A stretch of DNA of 64,000 nucleotides, taken from Eledone cirrhosa (lineage: Eukaryota). The stretch covers positions 86,676,001-86,740,000 of the forward strand of contig OZ024745.1 in the NCBI GenBank assembly GCA_964016885.1, in the 5' to 3' direction. The stretch's first letter is position 1. Every line of letters begins with the position of its first letter. The notes beneath the pieces were generated by a model that made no database searches, was not told where the DNA came from, and saw only the letters and a program-made list of their open reading frames with translations. The position numbers and the translations under genes are program-made. This document shows, piece by piece, positions 45,111 through 58,866 of the stretch.

Positions 45111-46013
45111 TACTTCTCTAAGCAAAATTTTAAAGTTCCAACTTTCTGTCGGACTGTTGGGTGGGTTTTAATGCCGGCGCGACCAGCTTCCAGGCCCACG
45201 AGCTCACCTGGAGTGCTTGGAAAAATAAATTTCCCCTTCTTTCGGTAAATGAAAATACTCGGCGTAGCTTAATTCGCCATGGGGCCCTGGGCGCGGCCGG
45301 TGTTTTAACCGCCACATAGTACCTTTAAATTACAGAACAATTCGGAACTATTATATAATATAAGTTAAACGGTTGAACTTTAAATTTTCTAACCTCTTTG
45401 ATATTGAATGTTGATTATTAATTTTTTTAACTTCATCCTAGAAGTCTAAACACTGTAACACAATGACTCCCAATATATTCACCTCTGCTAAGATGCGGGT
45501 CCCCGTGAACATTTTCTCGCGCCACTCCTGGTCTGACTGTGGTCTGACATTAATATCGACCTTTCTTCCTCTTTCTCTCTATCTTTCTTCTTGTAGCCAT
45601 CAACCCTTACTTTTCCACTTCTCTCTTCTCTTCCTTCTCTTCTCCCCTCTTCCTGTCTTCCTTCCGCAGACTTATCTTCCTTCCCCCTCCTGCTTGCCTA
45701 TATCTGACCAGTAGTAGTTGCCTTTCTTCTTTTAGCTGACATTAACCCTGGCTTCTCTTCTTCTTTCTTCCCCCTTCTTCTCTCTCCTTCATTTCTTTCT
45801 TTCTTTTACCTTGTGTCATGAGATTGACGTTAACTTATGTTCCCATCCCTTTCTGTTTTCGTTTATCTGACCGGTAGTAGCATACTATAAACTTTAGCCA
45901 CGACACTCCTGGGCGACCGGCTGAGGTTGAAGGAACAGAATAGCGGTCGCCCTCGGGTCCTCGATTTTCAGCCCCATGGATTTTATCTATTAAATTCACG
46001 TATTATATTTCGA

Positions 46014-46071
46014 ATACCTGATGATGTCACCGGATTCATACGGACCCCGGTCATTGAAATGATCATAGTAT
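46014..46071 (+). ncRNA. Type I hammerhead motif at the 3' end of non-coding insertion 45110-46120
   Basis: atac CTGATGA tgtcaccgg..ccggtcatt GAAA tgatca TA gtat, then AATAAA. Confidence 0.7.
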
Positions 46072-46149
46072 AATAAACCTTTCAAGGATTTACACAAATC
46101 CAGCCTCCTGTCATTTCATTATTATATCTATATCTATATATATCTATAT

Positions 46150-46180
<31 letters not shown>

Positions 46181-46206
46181 TATCTATATATATATATATA
46201 TCTATA

Positions 46207-46302
<96 letters not shown>

Positions 46303-46304
<2 letters not shown>

Positions 46305-47078
46305 AACGACTATTTTTAGCCGTTGCTCGCACAAACCGGAGGTATATGGTCTTTAAAGCGATGAAATGCCTATGATAGTTTGGAAGATCACTGATGAAGG
46401 ACAAACTCTTTTCATATGTAACCCATTTGCAACTCCGCAGCGCCCTTATTATCATATTTACACACATTTTTTCCTCTGCTGCTACACCGTCTTTTTCGTT
46501 CTATGTATCTTTACCCTTTCTAGCAGTCTCTCTCTCTGTTAGCCTCTTCCTCACCTCACCCTTCACTCACTCATTCTCTGTCACTACCTCTCCTCCTCCT
46601 CCTCTTTCTTCCCGTTTGACCTGTGAGTAACTCTTTTCTCTCACATTCTCGGCCAAGCTGGTCGGAATTTTTTCTCTCTCGTCTACGATTTCACAGAACT
46701 TATGTTTACCGAATTCGCAGACCAGACCCCTTCTTCCTCCCGTTAGACCTGTGCGAAATTCCTTCCTTGCTCACATTTCAACCAGGTTTGATGGTCTTTA
46801 TTCTCTCGTTCACGATTTCACCGAACTTAAATTCATAGAAATCTGGGACTTGTCTCCTTCTTCCTCACTTTCTGTTGCCTCACCATTTTGTTTGTTTACC
46901 CTCGCGTCCCCTTTATTTACGTGTCCCAACGACTTTTTTTAGCCGTTGCTCGCACCAACCGGAGGTATATGGTCTTTAAAGCGATGAAATGCCTATGATA
47001 GTTGGAAGATCACTGATGAAGGACAAACTTTTTTCATATGTAACCCATTTGAAACTCCGCAGCGCCCTTATTATCATA
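46303..47078 (+). repeat. About 1.25 copies of a roughly 623-bp unit between (TA)n tracts
   Basis: 46303-46455 repeated at 46927-47078. Confidence 0.8.
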
Positions 47079-47126
47079 TATATATATCTATCTATCTATC
47101 TATATATATATATATATCTATATCTA

Positions 47127-47196
<70 letters not shown>

Positions 47197-47202
<6 letters not shown>

Positions 47203-47867
47203 AAAAAATGGGGAGAAGAATACTGCTGGTTGCACATGGATAAGATGTAATAAAATAAGTCCCTCATCAGTGATTTGCCGACGATCATAGATATTTCATT
47301 GCATTAAAAATCTTATACCTCACGTCGGTGCAATAATAACTAAATTAAGTTATTAGGACAATTAAAACGCGTAAAGCGAGTGAAACAAGATAACAACAAA
47401 GAGGATAGCTAACCGTAAAAGGAAGGGAACAAGCTTCATAGTTATTCTGTTAGCATAAGCTAGGTGAATATATGAGCGCTTAGAAAAAAGACCTTTCAGG
47501 AGCCAATTCAAATGTGAGAAAGAGAGAAAATGATTTCGTCGCGAACGGGGTGAAGTGAGAAGAGGAGAAACAGTGAGTGAGTGAGTGGAAGTGTGAGGAA
47601 GAGTTAACTGACATGACAGAGGGGGTGAAATAAAGTAGGAGAAACAGAGAGAGCGAGGGAGCAGTAAGAGAGAGAGAGAGAGAGAAAAAAACAGAATCGC
47701 AGTTTAGGTAAATATATGTGAAAAAATGGGGAGAAGAATACTGCTGGTTGCACATGGATAACATGTAATAAAATAAGTCCCTCATCAGTGATTTGCCGAC
47801 GATCATAGATATTTCGTTGCATTAAAAATCATATACCTCACGTCGGTGCAATAATAACTAAATTAAG

Positions 47868-47870
<3 letters not shown>
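47197..47870 (-). repeat. About 1.3 copies of a 518-bp unit, distantly related to the 46303 family, opposite strand
   Basis: 47197-47352 repeated at 47714-47870; shared gaaat..ctatgat..atcactgatga motif. Confidence 0.8.
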
Positions 47871-47909
<39 letters not shown>

Positions 47910-47969
47910 GTGAGGTTTTTTTTACAAAATGAAAAATAACCGAGGTGTCCTACACGAGTGGAAGTATAA

Positions 47970-48591
47970 AGAAAAAGGGATGAAATCGAAAATGCAACTG
48001 AAGTCTTATTTTTTTAAAAATATATATATTTATTTGGTTCCTTTACCGGTTTCGCAGTTCTTCTGCTTTTCAAAAGGTGAGTTGAGATGGAGGGTCTGTG
48101 GTTTTTCTCACATCTGGTTGGTCTCTAAATGTTACTTGTTTTATATGGAAAAACTGGCTCGAAAACCAGGTTTTTCGAGAAGTAATTTGATTGGTTTGTC
48201 AATAATTATAATAAATTTCGCGCCAGTTCGCGTTACAATAGTTCTTCAAATAAGAGAGGGGGGGGGGGGGGTGTCACAGGTTGTTTTTTCATATATGAGT
48301 GTTTGAATTTCTTTTTACTTGAAAAAATGAGGCTCACGAAGGCTTTTTTTTGGTTGGTTATAAATGAAATTTGGCTGTCACGTGAACAAGTTTTCATTAC
48401 ATTTTTGCGCCCTTATTTGGAAAACTATTCTGTAGTCTATAGTAAATGTTATGACAATGGAGAGATAGTGGTCAAGGGAAAAGGGATTGGGAGAAATGTT
48501 CTGGTTCAGTGAATATGGCCAGCTGTCAGAGTTCAGGTGTCAGAGTTCAGATTTTCTATTGAGACTGAAGATATGTGTTTATTTGTGTGCT

Positions 48592-48624
<33 letters not shown>

Positions 48625-49229
48625 ATGTGTGTATTGGAAGATGATTCTATTAGTAGAGATGGGGGAGGGAGTTGTGTGTGTGTGTATATGGGTGTTAACC
48701 AGAACATTTCTCCCAATCCCTTTTCCCTTGACCACTATCTCTCCATTGTCATAACATTCACTATAGACTACAGAATAGTTTTCCAAATAAGGGCGCAAAA
48801 ATGTAATGAAAACTTGTTCACGTGACAGCCAAATTTCATTTATAACCAACCAAAAAAAAAGCCTTCGTGAGCCTCATTTTTTCAAGTAAAAAGAAATTCA
48901 AACACTCATATATGAAAAAAACAACCTGTGACAACCCCCCCCCTCTCTTATTTGAAGAACTATTGTAACGCGAACTGGCGCGAAATTTATTATAATTATT
49001 GACAAACCAATCAAATTACTTCTCGAAAAACCTGGTTTTCGAGCCAGTTTTTCCATATAAAACAAGTAACATTTAGAGACCAACCAGATGTGAGAAAAAC
49101 CACAGACCCTCCATCTCAACTCACCTTTTGAAAAGCAGAAGAACTGCGAAACCGGTAAAGGAACCAAATAAATATATATATTTTAAAAAAAATAAGACTT
49201 CAGTTGCATTTTCGATTTCATCCCTTTTT

Positions 49230-49235
<6 letters not shown>
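47970..49235. repeat. Inverted repeat with about 535-bp arms carrying U3-A8 hammerheads (49124-49161 +; about 48040-48077 -)
   Basis: cctt TTGAAAA gcag/ctgc GAAAC cg GTA aagg; mirror ORFs in the track. Confidence 0.82.
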
Positions 49236-49275
<40 letters not shown>

Positions 49276-49293
49276 ATATAGATATATATATAT

Positions 49294-49334
<41 letters not shown>

Positions 49335-49371
49335 CAGGGAATAACGACGGCCTATGCCTCCGTTAATTTAT

Positions 49372-49440
<69 letters not shown>

Positions 49441-49444
<4 letters not shown>

Positions 49445-51575
49445 TATAGACATAGAATATTCGAAAATATTCTGTATGTTTATAATAAACATTTTGAAGA
49501 CCTAATCGCTATAGAATAGAATACGTCACGTATTACAATTAGATTCTCGATAAAAGCAAGGGAAGTAATCTACGCGTTTCATTCTCGTTAGAAATCATCA
49601 GGACTACATATCCAGTGCTTTTATCGAGAATGACACAGCTAGAGACTTATAGAATACTTAGCTGTGTACAGGAACTGGTTTGAAAGAGCGGTTGCCGGTC
49701 CGGCAGAAATTAGAAATTGGAATAAATGCTCTGAAATAGCGATATATATGTGAATATAGACATAGAATATTCGAAAATATTCTGTATGTTTATAATAAAC
49801 ATTTTGAAGACCTAATCGCTATAGAATAGAATACGTCACGTATTACAATTAGATTCTCGATAAAAGCAAGGGAAGTAATCTACGCGTTTCATTCTCGTTA
49901 GAAATCATCAGGACTACATATCCAGTGCTTTTATCGAGAATGACACAGCTAGAGACTTATAGAATACTTAGCTGTGTACAGGAACTGGTTTGAAAGAGCG
50001 GTTGCCGGTCCGGCAGAAATTAGAAATTGGAATAAATGCTCTGAAATAGCGATATATATGTGAATATAGACATAGAATATTCGAAAATATTCTGTATGTT
50101 TATAATAAACATTTTGAAGACCTAATCGCTATAGAATAGAATACGTCACGTATTACAATTAGATTCTCGATAAAAGCAAGGGAAGTAATCTACGCGTTTC
50201 ATTCTCGTTTCATTCTCGTTAGAAATCATCAGGACTACATATCCAGTAGTTTATTATAAACATACAGAATATTTTCGAATATTCTATGTCTATATTCACA
50301 TATATATCGCTATTTCAGAGCATTTATTCCAATTTCTAATTTCTGCCGGACCGGCAACCGCTCTTTCAAACCAGTTCCTGTACACAGCTAAGTATTCTAT
50401 AAGTCTCTAGCTGTGTCATTCTCGATAAAAGCACTGGATATGTAGTCCTGATGATTTCTAACGAGAATGAAACGCGTAGATTACTTCCCTTGCTTTTATC
50501 GAGAATCTAATTGTAATACGTGACGTATTCTATTCTATAGCGATTAGGTCTTCAAAATGTTTATTATAAACATACAGAATATTTTCGAATATTCTATGTC
50601 TATATTCACATATATATCGCTATTTCAGAGCATTTATTCCAATTTCTAATTTCTGCCGGACCGGCAACCGCTCTTTCAAACCAGTTCCTGTACACAGCTA
50701 AGTATTCTATAAGTCTCTAGCTGTGTCATTCTCGATAAAAGCACTGGATATGTAGTCCTGATGATTTCTAACGAGAATGAAACGCGTAGATTACTTCCCT
50801 TGCTTTTATCGAGAATCTAATTGTAATACGTGACGTATTCTATTCTATAGCGATTAGGTCTTCAAAATGTTTATTATAAACATACAGAATATTTTCGAAT
50901 ATTCTATGTCTATATTCACATATATATCGCTATTTCAGAGCATTTATTCCAATTTCTAATTTCTGCCGGACCGGCAACCGCTCTTTCAAACCAGTTCCTG
51001 TACACAGCTAAGTATTCTATAAGTCTCTAGCTGTGTCATTCTCGATAAAAGCACTGGATATGTAGTCCTGATGATTTCTAACGAGAATGAAACGCGTAGA
51101 TTACTTCCCTTGCTTTTATCGAGAATCTAATTGTAATACGTGACGTATTCTATTCTATAGCGATTAGGTCTTCAAAATGTTTATTATAAACATACAGAAT
51201 ATTTTCGAATATTCTATGTCTATATTCACATATATATCGCTATTTCAGAGCATTTATTCCAATTTCTAATTTCTGCCGGACCGGCAACCGCTCTTTCAAA
51301 CCAGTTCCTGTACACAGCTAAGTATTCTATAAGTCTCTAGCTGTGTCATTCTCGATAAAAGCACTGGATATGTAGTCCTGATGATTTCTAACGAGAATGA
51401 AACGCGTAGATTACTTCCCTTGCTTTTATCGAGAATCTAATTGTAATACGTGACGTATTCTATTCTATAGCGATTAGGTCTTCAAAATGTTTATTATAAA
51501 CATACAGAATATTTTCGAATATTCTATGTCTATATTCACATATATATCGCTATTTCAGAGCATTTATTCCAATTT
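49441..51575. repeat. Tandem array of a 310-bp hammerhead-bearing unit that switches strand at about 50248 (about 2.6 + 4.3 copies)
   Basis: Unit starts at 49441, 49751, 50061; plus-strand HHRs gtagtc CTGATGA tttctaacgagaat GAAAC gc GTA gattac at 50442, 50752, 51062, 51372; minus-strand copies at 49565, 49875, 50185. Confidence 0.92.
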
Positions 51576-51630
51576 ATATATATATATATCTATATCTATA
51601 TATATATATCTATCTATATATATATCTATA

Positions 51631-51671
<41 letters not shown>

Positions 51672-51676
51672 ATATA

Positions 51677-51717
<41 letters not shown>

Positions 51718-51747
51718 ATTATGTAATAAACAACATAAGGCAATTAT

Positions 51748-51805
51748 TCCATTTACCAGTGGTTTCTTAAAAGCAAAAGGTTTTGCTTTCAATCCTCAGA
51801 ATGAA
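51748..51805 (-). ncRNA. Type I hammerhead motif (diverged copy with GUG triplet at about 53288-53345)
   Basis: Minus strand: ttcatt CTGAGGA ttgaaagcaaaa/ttttgcttttaa GAAAC cactg GTA aatgga. Confidence 0.75.
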
Positions 51806-51914
51806 AAATCCTGGTTTGTTTATTGAATATGGATTCTAAAAACGAAAATGCAATCTATATGAAAGTGAGGCTGGAAAAGGGAGAAGGAAAGGAAAAATAA
51901 AATAAAATAAAACT

Positions 51915-52015
51915 ACACATGCAAACACACACAAAAAAACCCAAAAGCATACTTACACACACACACATATATACACATATAATTTGCACGCATACACATA
52001 TACACATACACATAC

Positions 52016-52070
<55 letters not shown>

Positions 52071-52175
52071 CATACACATACATACACATATATATATATA
52101 AAGAGCGTACACCTACACACACATACACATATATATACACACATATACACATACATATATTCATACATACACACG

Positions 52176-52211
<36 letters not shown>

Positions 52212-52233
52212 TATATATACACATGTACATATC

Positions 52234-52273
<40 letters not shown>

Positions 52274-52304
52274 TACACATACATATACACACATATACAC
52301 ATAT

Positions 52305-52352
<48 letters not shown>

Positions 52353-52752
52353 GTGTGTACAAGCCTACACATACACACACACATATATATACACACACAT
52401 ATACATACATTCACACAAACATACAACGTACATACATACACATACATGAATGCACTCCACTACATATTAACACACGCAAATAAATATAAGAAAAAAATAT
52501 ATATAAATAATATTAACAAATATTTGACAGCGATACATGCCCCAGCTAACAGGACAGACACGCGTGGTAAGTAATACACACATAAGCGCATATACATACG
52601 TTCGAAATAGTAAACACATACACACACTCTCACACATAAATATACATATACAAATACATAAACACGTACATACACATACATACGCAGACACGTACACGTA
52701 TACAATATAAACACACACATGTATATGTAATTATATACACACACACACACAC

Positions 52753-52815
<63 letters not shown>

Positions 52816-53102
52816 CAAAAATATAAAAATATAAACGCACACACACATATAAATACGTAAACACACATATACATACATAGCTAAACAATTATACACATGC
52901 AAATACGTATATATCAAAAGAACGCACAACCAAATACAAACACACACACATATATACACACACACACACCCACACACAAACCCACACATACATAAAAATA
53001 AATAAAAACACACGCAACATATACATATACATACATACACATACATATACATATATACATATATACATATACATATATATATATATACACACATATATAT
53101 AC

Positions 53103-53144
<42 letters not shown>

Positions 53145-53580
53145 ACGTACACATACACACATGCATACACATACACACACACATATACATGTGTGTATGT
53201 GTAAAGCTCAGTATTAGATAAGACAAATGAACCTTACATAAACGTATATATAGTAGTAAAGTAATAAAGCCATACAAGGCAATTAATCCATTCACCAGAG
53301 GTTTCTTAAAAGCAAAAAAAGTTTCCTTCAATCTTCAGAATGAAATATACAAATATATACACACATACAGACACGCACACACACATATATATATATATAC
53401 ATATATATATATACATGTACATATATATATATATATATATATACAGACATATATACATACACACACATACACACACATACATATACATACATACATACAC
53501 ATATATATACATACACAAACATATACGTACACATATACATATATACACACAAAAATACATACACATACACATAGGTATGT
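51915..53580. repeat. Compound (CA/TA/CATA)n microsatellite region
   Basis: Visible low-complexity sequence. Confidence 0.9.
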
Positions 53581-54028
53581 GAAGGGCAAAACAAAAAGAA
53601 TATATGGGGTGGGGGGCCTAGAGGAGGTAAAAATATAAAGGGAGGTAAGGGAGAAAGAAATATTTTTTAAATACAAGAGTACAGAAGGTAGAAGCAGCAA
53701 AATAAAAGCCGTAGCAAAAGTAAAGAGCAGAGAAGGAGTTCAAGGCGGTTGATTTATCGTAGGAGTGTCAATCCAGTTACAGATCAGATGCGATTTCAGA
53801 TGAGGACAGCATCTGAAGATCTATATATATATAGGAACCAGTAAGACCCCGACAGCTGAGCTCAAGCCGTTTCGACGGCTAATTCTGGACTCCAGAATTA
53901 GCCGTCGAAACGGCTTGAGCTCAGCTGTCGGGGTCTTACTGGTTCCTATTACCCACTCTACTACCTCAAGTATTGAGTACTTTGGTGCGTTATGGTCCAC
54001 CTGGTTCCTTACCACATTTCCTTCGTTA

Positions 54029-54137
<109 letters not shown>

Positions 54138-54277
54138 ATATATATATATATATATATATATATAACTTAATTTAGTTATTATTGCACCGACTATATATAT
54201 ATAGATATATATCTATATATCTATATATATATATATATCTATATCTATATATATATCTATATATATATCTATATATA

Positions 54278-54320
<43 letters not shown>

Positions 54321-54834
54321 CATTTCTGAATATGTTTAGCAAGATTCTTTATCTGAAATCGTGTGTTGAAACCGATATTGTTATACTTTGGGAGGGTCAT
54401 GTTGCCAATAAGAAACACACGCACCAGTTGCTTTCACTTCAATTTATTATATATTTATAAATTTATAAATTTACAAATCTACAAACTTATAAATTTCTGG
54501 TTGGTTGGTTGGTTCCACAACCAGATAGTTGTTTATATATAGTCATAGTCCTTTCGTCACACACTCTGTGACCTCTTCAGTGACTGGGATTCCTTTCTTT
54601 GTTTCTGTGCCTTTCCTTTCTTCTATCCTACGCCATTTTGTTTCTGTGTGTGTGTTGTGTGCTCAGTTTGCGCATGCGCCACATCCGGGTGTCTGTGTGT
54701 GTTTGTGTTCATTTATCTATTTGTTTATTTATTTATTTATTTATTGTTGGTTGGTTGTTTGTTCTATGTGTGTGTGTGTTTTCATTTTGTCCTTAATTGT
54801 AAGTTGTGATGTTGCTGTTCCACTCATATGAGAG

Positions 54835-55715
54835 AAAATATATACTTTCCTTATGCATATTAACGGCTGAGTAGCCTAATTTGCATATCGAGTGAGTTAA
54901 TCGGCCGGGCATACCGAAAACGATAAACGGAAAAAATGAAACGAAATTTCATTTCTCACTCTTAGTACGGCTGTTACTTAAATATAAGTATGTATACGTA
55001 CATACATATATGTATACAGACGTACAGTAGTATGTATATATATATATACATACATGCACACATATGTATATGTACGTATGGATTTACCGAACATTTATTA
55101 TAATGCTCGGTGTGTTTGTAAACAAACATCCCGAATTAAGCCGACCAGTGTCTAGCAACCATCGTTGCTCATTTGTTCAACACTGACAAAGGAACGCTGT
55201 ACTAGTTTCAAGCTTATTAGCTATCGTCAGCAACGTATACCTTCCTGCCATATGATTGAACGTCTGAAAGTATATACTTTCCTTATGCATATTAACGTTT
55301 CATTTTTTCCGTTTATCGTTTCCGGTATGCCCGGCCGATTAACTCACTCGATATGCAAATTAGGCTGCTCAGCCGTTAATATGCATAAGGAAAGTATATA
55401 CTTTCAGACGTTCAATCATCTGGCAGGAAGGTATACTAGTAAAGCGTTCCTTTGTCAGTGTTGAACAAATGAGCAACGATGGTTGCTAGACACTGTACGG
55501 CTTAATTCGGGATGTTTGTTTACAAACACACCGAGCATTATAATAAATGTTCGGTGAATCCATACGTACATATATATATGTGTGCATGTATGTATATATA
55601 TATACATACTACTGTACGTCTGTATACATATATGTATGTACGTATACATACTTATATTTAAGTAACAGCCGTACTATGAGTGAGAAATGAAATTTCGTTT
55701 CATTTTTTCAGTTTA
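54835..55715. repeat. Diverged, fold-back copy of the 484-bp retrozyme-like family; HHR at 55195-55235(-)
   Basis: Shares atgcaaattaggctgctcagccgttaat and gaaatgaaatttcgttt; minus strand cgttg CTGACGA tagctaataagctt GAAAC ta GTA cagcg; the plus arm has the core deleted near 55430. Confidence 0.8.
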
Positions 55716-56182
55716 TATATATATATATTAGTAAAAGGAAAAGAAAATGGTGACAAATTTTTCCGAGTGAAAAATAGTTTAATTAGGAATAAGTATAAAT
55801 TAGTAATAAGTATTGGTTAGTATTCAGTTTTAGTTTTAAGTTTTTACCGGTTGCGCATTTCTAATGCTTTTCAAAAATAATTTTGAGATATAGCGCTCGT
55901 GATGTTTGCTTGTGATGTTTGCTCTAAAATATATATATATATATACAATATATTAACAAATGGAAACTATATTTATAAAACCATATTTATTTCATTATAC
56001 ATATTTCAAGGACACCAAAGCAAATTATGGTGCGCTTTCATCAGATAAAATATAATATAGATAAGTTTTATAAACAAATATTGACATACCCTTAAAGAAT
56101 GGTCCCGAGCATTATAATAAATGTCAATATTTGTTTGTAAAACTGGTATGTCAATATTTGTTTGTAAAACTGATCTATATTA

Positions 56183-56247
56183 TATTTTATCTGATGAAAG
56201 CGCACCATAATTTGCTTTGGTGTCCTTGAAATATGTATAATGAAATA
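56183..56247 (+). ncRNA. Type I hammerhead motif in fold-back insertion 55935-56380 (minus copy near 55987-56052)
   Basis: tattttat CTGATGA aagcgcacca..tggtgtcctt GAAA tatgta TA atgaaata. Confidence 0.68.
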
Positions 56248-56376
56248 AATATGGTTTTATAAATATAGTTTCCATTTGTTAATATATTGTATTTTTACTC
56301 CAATAATTTGTTGAATGCTTTATATCAGATATAAAAATATTTGCTTGTTGTATCCCAACAAATTAAATATAACTTC

Positions 56377-56436
<60 letters not shown>

Positions 56437-56647
56437 GAGTTACCAGTTAGAATAGTATGACATATTTAGTTAAGTAGTCGATACTTTGGAAAGTAGAGTG
56501 TATGCATAGTGAATAGTTAATGCCAGAAGCTCTCCCTCTCTCCCTCCCTCCCCTCCCCCTCTCTCTCTCTCATACACACACACTGACAGACAGACACATA
56601 CGCATACACACATTATATTATTTATCTATTTATTATTATTATTTAAT

Positions 56648-57660
56648 GGCGGTGGATTGGCAGTATCGGTAGAGGGTCGGACGCCATGCTTTGACGTATA
56701 GAGTTACGGCCCTTGCCATTCTGAGTTCAAATTCCGCCGAGGTTAACTTTGCCTTTCATCCTTACGGGGTCGATAAAATAAAGTACCAGTAATGCACTGG
56801 ATAATTGCTGGCCTTGTGCCAAATGGAGAAACAATTATTTACAAATAAAAGGTAGGTGGTTTCGGAGAGTCGGTAGAGAGTCGGACGCCATGCTTTTTAG
56901 CACAGAGTTTCGGCTCTTTATGATCTGAGTTCAAATTCCACCGAGGTTAACTTTGCCTTTCATCCTTACTGGATCGATAAAATAAAGTACCAGTCACGCA
57001 CTGAGGTCGATTTAATCGACTTTCCCCTTCCGCAAAGTGGTTGGCCTTTACTTAAATCAGAAACCATTATCATTATTATCCTTGGATACCTCCCACCGGG
57101 CCTCAACCACAGGCCTAGGGTGGATTGGAAGTATCGGTAGAGCGTCGGATGCCATGATTTTCATCATAGAATTACGTCCCTTTACGGACTGAGTTCAAAT
57201 CCCACCGAGGTTAACTTTGCCTCTCATCTGTATGGGGTCGATAAAATAAGTACCAGTAATGCAATGGGGTGATTTAATCGACTTTCTCCTCCCCCCAGCA
57301 CATGTTAGCCTTGTGCCTAAATCAGAAACTATTACTTACAAATAAAAGTGACGTACATTGGCAGAATTGTTAGAGCATCGGACAAAACGTTCTGAGTTCA
57401 AATCAGCCAGTGTCAACTTAGATTTTCAACATTTCCGTAGTCAATAACATAACATATATTATATGGGATATATTCAATAATAATTGTTTCTACGTTTGGC
57501 ACAAGGTCAGCAAATACCCAGTACATTACTGGTACTTTATTTTATCGACCCCGTAAGGATGAAAGGTAAAATTAACCTCGGCGGGATTTGAACTCAAATC
57601 GTAAAGGGGCGTAACTCTATGCTGCAAAGCATGGTGTCCGACCCTCAACCGATACTGCCA
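56648..57660. mobile_element. Cluster of five tRNA-derived SINE copies (about 56648, 56852, 57118 and 57355 on +; 57484-57660 on -)
   Basis: Repeated A box tggcagtatcggtagag, B box gagttcaaat(t/c)cc, and central gcctttcatcctt..ggtcgataaaat..gtaccag resembling the Deu/Nin SINE domain; same family as 31092. Confidence 0.85.
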
Positions 57661-57689
57661 TAATCAACAGGTTTTAGCTATATATTAGA

Positions 57690-57762
57690 TTTCTTCTTCT
57701 TCTTCTTCTTCTTCTTCTTCTTCTTCTTCTTCTTCTTCTTCTTCTTCTTCTTCTTCTTCTTC
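57690..57762. repeat. (CTT)n microsatellite
   Basis: Pure trinucleotide run. Confidence 0.95.
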
Positions 57763-58662
57763 ATGAGAGGACTGAGAGGACTCTGCTCCCATGACCCTCT
57801 CAGGAATATACCTACTAAGAAAAATAAAACAGATTTATGCTTGTTACATAATGATATCAATTTCATGTACACAACAAAATGGTAAAGAGTAAAGAACGGC
57901 GCATATCTTTTTACAACATCATTGCTATGTGGTACATTTAATTCCTGTGTTAAAAGTCGAAAATGTTTCTAAGATAACATTTCTCTAATCTAGATTATTC
58001 TAAAATTTATATGTTTTAGTGAAAAACAGTATTCAGATCATCTTCAATGTTTTTTTTTGTTTCCTTTTGAATCGGCTACTCCGTCATCAATCATTCCACA
58101 GGTCAGTTTCCTTTAGTCAGTTATTTTTACAGTGCCATAATTCCACTGCTTAGTCGAGCTGGCAATGCGATAGTTGATCTTGTTAATCAAACTATCATTA
58201 GCAATCGAATGTGGTCACTATATTTTGAAGTGACTGGTGTAGCTCTCTGCTTTAGCAAGATTTAATACAGCAAAAAGAAATAATATTTTTTGGAAGTTGC
58301 GTGAGAGAAAATTATACATTGCAGGGGAAAAAGGTGTCATGACACGATAGTCAATAAAATGATAGTAAGGTAGATTGAAGTAACAAGAACTTTGGGTAGA
58401 AGGTGAATAAAAAAGAAAAGACGAAGCTGAGCAGGATAAATGTGATCGATAAACAATTAAATAGAAGAAATGAACTAAGAAAAGGAACGAAAATAGTAAA
58501 AAAATGTTTAAAGAAATCTTTGAATATGCTTTTTTTTCGTACAAACCACCTTATACAAACTCATATAATCTATATATTATCTGAAATATATGTTATCTGA
58601 AATAAAATCGTTGAGAAGAACCGAAAACACACCCTGTTATTATTTATAATCTAAAAAGGAAT

Positions 58663-58866
58663 ATCATTGTGATTATCTTGTATGGTCAAATTCATTGTGA
58701 CTAACTTGTATGACCAGGTTTATTGTGATTATCTTGTATGGTCAAGATCATTGTGGCTATCTTGTATCACCGGGTTCATTGTGGTTATCTTGTATCACCA
58801 GGTTTATTGTGATTATCTTGTATGGTCAAGTTCATTGTGACTATCTTGTATGGTCAGCTTCATTTT
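58663..58866. repeat. 29-bp minisatellite, about 7 copies
   Basis: Repeated (t)cattgtgattatcttgtat(ggtcaag/caccagg)t. Confidence 0.85.

Noticed and set aside
53800-53935. gacagcat CTGAAGA ... GAAAcggcttgagctc agctgtc hammerhead halves
   Set aside because: Halves are separated by an inversion and the triplet/stem III is unclear; needs a family consensus (partial relative at 27737-27870)
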